Assembly (NCBI RefSeq): GCF_009914755.1
Contig: NC_060928.1
Reading direction: 5' to 3' (one strand)
Origin: the human T2T-CHM13v2.0 reference genome, Homo sapiens
Length of the DNA stretch: 64,000 bases
The translations under genes were made by a program, and so were the position numbers. How positions within the stretch are numbered: position 1 is the stretch's first letter; each line of letters begins with the position of its first letter. Shown here one piece after another: positions 58,469 to 64,000 of this stretch. The notes under the pieces were generated by a model that had not been told where the DNA came from, searched no databases, and worked only from the letters and a program-made list of their open reading frames with translations.

Positions 58469-58868
58469 TTTCAGGCCTCTGAGCCCAAGCTAAGCCATCA
58501 TATCCCCTGTGACCTGCAGGTACACATCCAGATGGCCGGTTCCTGCCTTAACTGATGACATTCCACCACAAAAGAAGTGAAAATGCCTGTTCCTGCCTTA
58601 ACTGATGACACTGTCTTGTGAATTCCTTCTGCTGGCTCATCCTGGCTCAAAAGCTCCCCCACTGAGTACCTTGTGACCCCCACTCCTGCCTGCCAGAGAA
58701 CAACCCCCCTTTTTCCTTTACCTACCCAAATCCTATAAAACAGCCCCACCCTTATCTCCCTTCACTGACTCTCTTTTCAGACTCAGCCTGCCTGCACCCA
58801 GGTGATTAAAAGCTTTATTGCTCACACAAAGCCTGTTTGGTGGTCTCTTCACAGGGACGTGCATGAAA
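58469..58868 (+). terminator. 3' LTR (LTR7 family) with poly(A) signal
   Basis: 400-bp direct repeat of the 5' LTR (19 substitutions by manual count); ATTAAA at 58805-58810. Confidence 0.93.
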
Positions 58869-59169
58869 ACTGCCTTCCAATAAACCTGTATTTATGAACC
58901 CTAAAATTTGATTCCAAATGCATATGTCATAAAATCTTATTCTTCTTTTGATATTTTCACCCATTTAAAAATGTGAAGACCATTTCATGCTCACACACAT
59001 AAGAAATTGCAGGCAGGCCAGGTTTAGGGTAGTTTGCCAACCTGTAGTTTCTGATTTGGAAAAAGAAACTTAAGTATTTAATGTTTACAAGACATAAAAT
59101 TAAAACTTAAGAATATTAAAAGCTGGGTAGTCAAATAATAACCCAAGAAAGTTGGTAGCATTCTCCTAT

Positions 59170-60450
59170 TTTGTTTTTTTACTTCTTCACTCTGATAGAT
59201 TTTTGTGTTTTGTTGTTGCTATTGCTAATGTATCCTCACTGAGGTTTGCTAAGCTTCCAAAATCTATGGTTTGATATCTTTCTTCAATTTTTGAAAATTC
59301 TCAGGCACTAGGTCTTTTTGCTTGTCCCTTTTTTGTGACTATAATAATATATTTTGTATTATATCATCATAAATAATGGCTATTACTTGATATTGTCAAA
59401 TGTAAGCCCGTCTGATGAATGTTTTATTTCTGATGGCTCATTCTTTATTTCTAACATTTGCATTTGGGTTTTTTTTTATCATGATTATATATGTACTAAA
59501 AGTTCCCATTTTCTCCTGTGTTTTTACATACTTTATTTAACATAATTGCCATAGTTATTTTGAAGTCCTTGTCAGATGTTTCCAATATCTAGGAAATATC
59601 TGGGCTTGCATCCTTTCTTGAATGTGAGTCACATTTCTTTGCTTCTTTGTGTGTCTTGTAATGTTTGGTTTTATGCTGGCTCCTAAGTGTACAAGGAAAA
59701 ATAGAGACTGAAGTAAATAATACTTAAAACCAGAAAAATACACTTTCATTCTATCATTGCATTATTAATGTGAAGGACTAAATTAACTTAATCTGTAATG
59801 TAACTGGGCAAGAATTTGATGAAATATTTGTTTGACTCAATTCGTAATTTGTTTCTAATATTTTGAGTGCAAAGTTAGAACTGACCTTTCATTGAGACTT
59901 AGGCTCTGAGCATTGGTGAGACTGACATATTCTTTTTATGTTTAAAGCCAAGTTACTGGCTATTAAATCTTGGGATCTCTTGGTAACTCTCTCTCTCCTG
60001 CTCTCTCCACTCTGTAGACCACATCTGCCAGCTTTTTAGGTTGCTGAAGATTTCTGGGTGCCTCTACACTCTTGTTCAGTTTCCAGCATTTACAACTAAT
60101 AAAAGCTTGGGGCACCCAGGAGAACTTTCTCTAACCTCTATGCCTTCTTCAATTTGTTAGTAACCTGCCATCACACTACAGCAAGAACTTCAGAAGACTT
60201 CCTCTTGGATCCCCTTTCTTTGGCTCTCTTTCCCTGGCTCTAGACTTTGGATCACTACTCCACACACTGAACACAAGGCCCACGGTCTAACATTAGTTAG
60301 TAGGTGCAGACATGATTTATTGCTAGGGCTTATCTGCATTCTAATCAGTTCTCTCAGCCTACATATGACAACTACAAGGTTTTTAAAAGTTCAGCTGATT
60401 TCTTCATGTTTCCATCTATAATACAACTTCTCCTCTTGTTCTAAAATAAT
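59170..60450 (-). mobile_element. Ancient L1M 5'/ORF1-region relic
   Basis: TTTTGAAAATTCTCAGGCA, ATAGTTATTTTGAAGTCCTTGTC and GAGTCACATTTCTTTGCTTCTTTGTGTGTCT are typical of reversed old L1. Confidence 0.55.
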
Positions 60451-61159
60451 AGCAATTATAGATCTCTTCTGTTTTGGGAATAAAGTAGAAACAGTTTTCC
60501 ATAAGATGACTTAGCGGTGAACTTTATAAGATGTATTTTATGGGGACTCATGTATGAACTATTTGAGAGCAATTTTGGAATGAGACATATATTTATATTT
60601 TACCTAAAAGTATTCATTAGGAAACAATTATTTTTACCATTGCAAAATAATTACCTATCTACCCAGTTGTGAAGCAAATTATAACTTTAATATAAATTCA
60701 CTCCATTCAAGAAATTTACAGCTAGAATCATAAATGTGAATCAGAAAGTTGGTGTTCTAACTGGTTTATTTAAAGTTGGTGTTTAAACCTCTAGGATAAT
60801 TCTTACAAATTAACAAACCATAAGAAGTCTAGAACATAAACATACATATGAAAGATCAAATATCATTTTACCAAGTGTCTACTGGGTTTAAGTGCTAACA
60901 ATAAACTTCATAAAAATTGAGATGTTTTACCTACTTACACAAGGGCTACTGTACACTATTAATTATAATGAAGATCTAGAGTTTAAACACTCAAAAGACT
61001 CTGCCAGTTTCCTGTTTTTATACTAGATTGCTATATCAGGTTGACAAATGACACAGACAAATTTATATGTATCTGGTATGCAGAGGTGGCTTAGACCATG
61101 AATTCCCTAACCATTGTTAAACACATAAATGGTAACATCACTAATAGCATTAATATTTT

Positions 61160-62880
61160 ATAATATGAATGTCTAAAAAATCACCTTAAATTTTACATGT
61201 GCTCTTAAAACAATTTATTTCCTACATTATTATTTAGTAAAGTTGTTTTCTTTCCATTGTTGTATAGTTCTATGAAGTTTAATACATGTTTTTATTTTTA
61301 TTTTACTTTGATTTATTCCTCCTCTACCTCAATCAGGGTAAAGACCAATTCAATTACCCCAAAAACTTCCTCTTACTCCCTGTTTAAAGCCACACCCTTC
61401 TCTACCTCCACTCCCTGAAACCACTGAGTCCTTTTCCATTGTTTTATCTATCTGGGAATGTCATATAAATGAAATCATATAGTATGAAACCTTTTGAAAC
61501 TGGCTTATTTCACTAAGAAAGTGCATTAGATGTTCATCCAAGTTGGGAGTGTATTGATATATATTTCATTTTTTTATTTCACAGTAGTATTCCATTATGT
61601 GGATATACCAGTGTTTATTAAGCTATTTATTTGTTGAAGGATATTTATTTTCAGCTTGAAGCAATTATGAATAATAGTGCTATAAACATTTGTCTATGAG
61701 TTTTTAGTATAAACTAAAGAGTATCTGAGAGAAGTCTCAATCAATTTAGAAAGTTTATTTTGACAAAGTTTTGAGGATGCACCAATGATACAGCCTCAGG
61801 AGGTCCTGACAACATGTGCCTAAGGTGGTCTGAGCACAGATAGGTTTTATACATTTTATAGAGACATGAGACATCAATCAATATACGTAAGACGTACACC
61901 CGCTCTGTCCAGAAAGGCGGGACAACTTGAAGTGGAGAGGGGGCTTCCAGGCCATAGGTAGGCAAGAGACAAATTGTTATATTCTTTTGAGTTTCTGATT
62001 ATCATTTCACTGAATATATTTTATCCTGAATTTACAGGAATAGTCACTAATGTCTTAGTGTGGCTTAGTTGAAGCAATAGGGCAAAGGAAGCAATCGACT
62101 ATGGATTTGTCTCACATGAGCAGAGGGATGACTTTGAGTTCTGGCTGTCCTTTGACCACAAGGAATTTCTTTGTGGGAAAACTGTGAGGGAGGCTCAAGA
62201 TTTATTTTCCTTTCTCATTAGTAAACATGTTTTTATTCCTCTGTTGCAAATACCCAGGAGTGTAACTGCTGTCATATGACAAGTATATTTTTAACTTTAT
62301 AAGAAACTGCCAAACCATTTTTTGGATTGGCTATAGCATTTTCCATTTTCTCCAGCAATGTATGGGAGCTCCAGTTGCTCAACACCTTCCAGCATTTGGT
62401 GTTATTAGTTCTTATTTTATTATTTTACTCATTCTAATATGTATATATTGGTAGCTTATCATGGCTTTCATATTGATTTCCCTAATAGCCAATGGCATTG
62501 AGCATATTTTCATAGGCTTATTTGTCCTCATTTTGGTGTTTATTAAAGTTTTTTCTCAAGTTTTTAAATTCTCCTGTTGTTGACTATTTAAAAATCTTCA
62601 TATTCTAGATACAAAGCTCTGTACTGTGTTTTGAAAACACAATCTAGCCTACAGCTAGTCTTTTTATTCTCATACAGTGTCTTTAGCAGAGCAATTTTGA
62701 GAAAATACAATTTACCATTTTATTTTCCTTTTGTAGATATTTCATTTGGTGCCATGACTCAGAATCCTACACATCTTTGGGTTAAATTTTTTTTCTATGT
62801 TTTGTTTTGCATACTTCTAAAATCTATGACTCATTTTTATAGATATGAGTTATAAAGTTGAGGTCGTTTTTGTATATGAA
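61160..62880 (-). mobile_element. Old L1M 3' region interrupted by an LTR
   Basis: GAATGTCATATAAATGAAATCATATAGTATG; TTTAACTTTATAAGAAACTGCCAAACC; continuous across 61708-62217. Confidence 0.8.
61708..62217 (-). mobile_element. Solo LTR, MER4A-like (ERV1)
   Basis: GTCTCAATCAATTTAGAAAGTTTATTTTG...CAGCCTCAGGAGGTCCTGACAACATGTGCC...TTTATTTTCCTTTCTCA; 4-bp TSD TTAG at 61704-61707 and 62218-62221. Confidence 0.88.
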
Positions 62881-62884
62881 TGAG

Positions 62885-63197
62885 AACAAATACTGAGGTA
62901 TGCAAGAATCTGAATGAATCTCAGATGCATTATGCCAACTTACAGACTAAAAGACTATCTCTATGATGTATATTTTATGATTCTAATTATATAAAATTAT
63001 AGAAAGAGGCAAAACTATAGTGACAGAAATCTTCTCAGTAGTTTTCATGGGCTAGGATGGGGGAAGGGGTAAAAATATTTTATGATTGTGTTGGTGTTGG
63101 TTACATCACTGTACATATTTTTTCAACCCCATTGAATTGTACATTTAATATTGATAAATTTTATATCAATTATACTTCAACATGATTGTTTAAAAAG
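62885..63197 (+). mobile_element. L1ME/L1MD-type 3'-end relic
   Basis: ATGAATCTCAGATGCATTATG...AGGCAAAACTATAGTGACAGAAA...CAATTATACTTCAA. Confidence 0.7.
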
Positions 63198-63776
63198 GCA
63201 TGATAAAAGGACCTACAAGTATTGTTACTTTGTCCTAGGTAAAAATATATAATCTACTTGGAAAAGCAATATATAGTTTTTAAAAATCATCAAGTAAAGC
63301 AGTAAGGGTACGTGGTGTATCAATGCAGGCTCATAGAATGAAGCAGTTATGAAGGTAAGGGGAACAGAAAACGTTTTGTGAACCAGGACACATTTTGTGA
63401 ACATGAATGCACTGTGTAAAATATATTTTAAAATAAATAACATTCAGTGATGTAGATAACAAGAACACACCGCAGTGAAAACGTAACTGGTATGCATCTG
63501 AAGGCATGCTTGCTCATGGTTTCTTGGTGTGGGTGCATCTAATTGCAATAGAGGTGTTCATACTGTAGACAGAAAACAAAGGACGGTTTCCTACTTTTTA
63601 GGATTAGCCAGAGTAGTGGATGATGGAAGAATGCTGGTAAAAGAACTGGTTATCCTAAAAGTCATTCAATGAGTTATTCACTTCATCATCTTAAAAAACA
63701 CTTATTTTAAGGAACATAGCTGTACTCATGCAGTATGTAATTCTTTTATTATTTCTTAGAAAAATCTTACAGCACT

Positions 63777-64000
63777 TGATAGCATCAGGAGGAAGACAAA
63801 TGCGTTAGCATATGAAATCCCACCTTCAAGCCAAAGACAGTTTAAAGCCTGAAGGCCAAGCTACAAGTCAAATCCACAAACTGGATTGAGACCCTGTATT
63901 CCTGTTTGGCGCACTTTCCTTTGATTGATCCCCATCCTTCACCTATTTTACATATACTTGTCTTTCCCTAATTGTTTTTACACTGTGCCCAACTTTGACT
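63777..64000 (+). mobile_element. ERV1 LTR (MER50-like), truncated by the window edge
   Basis: GTTTGGCGCACTTTCCTTTGATTGATCCCCATCCTTCACCTATTTTACATATAC resembles the recalled MER50-group consensus; left end uncertain. Confidence 0.5.

Larger units (their letters stand above)
53157..58868 (+). mobile_element. HERV-H provirus, common internally deleted 5.7 kb form
   Basis: Two 400-bp LTRs, His-type PBS, gag/pro/pol relics, env essentially absent, PPT; perfect 5-bp TSD ACTGC at 53152-53156 and 58869-58873. Confidence 0.98.
50984..59044 (-). mobile_element. Near-full-length Cheshire/MER58-family hAT DNA transposon (~2.3 kb without the HERV-H insert)
   Basis: Left end CAATGTTCCACAAATTTGCTCTGTAAAAGGCCAGACAGTAAATATTTT; right end GTAGTTTGCCAACCTG; MER58B-type sequence is continuous across the provirus (GCAGCCATAGACAATAC...ACTGC|CTTCCAATAAAC). 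Confidence 0.8.

Noticed and set aside
50976-59052. 8-bp hAT target-site duplication around the Cheshire-type element
   Set aside because: The flanks (CTTGAGGA versus TAGTTTCT) do not match, so no TSD is claimed and the exact ends remain approximate.

Overview
AT-rich primate (almost certainly human or great ape) non-coding DNA dominated by interspersed repeats. I found no host protein-coding exon, RNA gene or CRISPR array. Landmarks: (1) a full-length ~6.04 kb L1PA2/L1PA3-type LINE-1 (34731-40773, 12-bp TSD) inserted into an old L1M. Its ORF1 and ORF2 are disrupted, but its antisense ORF0 is open and it lacks the 129-bp ZNF93-binding segment. (2) A 5.7 kb two-LTR HERV-H provirus (53157-58868, perfect ACTGC TSD) inserted into a near-full-length Cheshire/MER58-type hAT DNA transposon that retains transposase motifs. 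(3) About eight Alus, several solo LTRs, Tigger1 and MER58 derivatives, L2/MIR relics and microsatellites. The best leads are hypotheses about TE-built transcription units: a 5'/3' LTR asymmetry and a 196-bp identical U3 block in HERV-H, and a candidate L1 antisense ORF0 fusion into unique minus-strand exons. There is also an unexplained 142-bp local duplication. Subfamily names come from recalled consensus sequences and need RepeatMasker/Dfam confirmation. I cannot show a novel biological system from the sequence alone.
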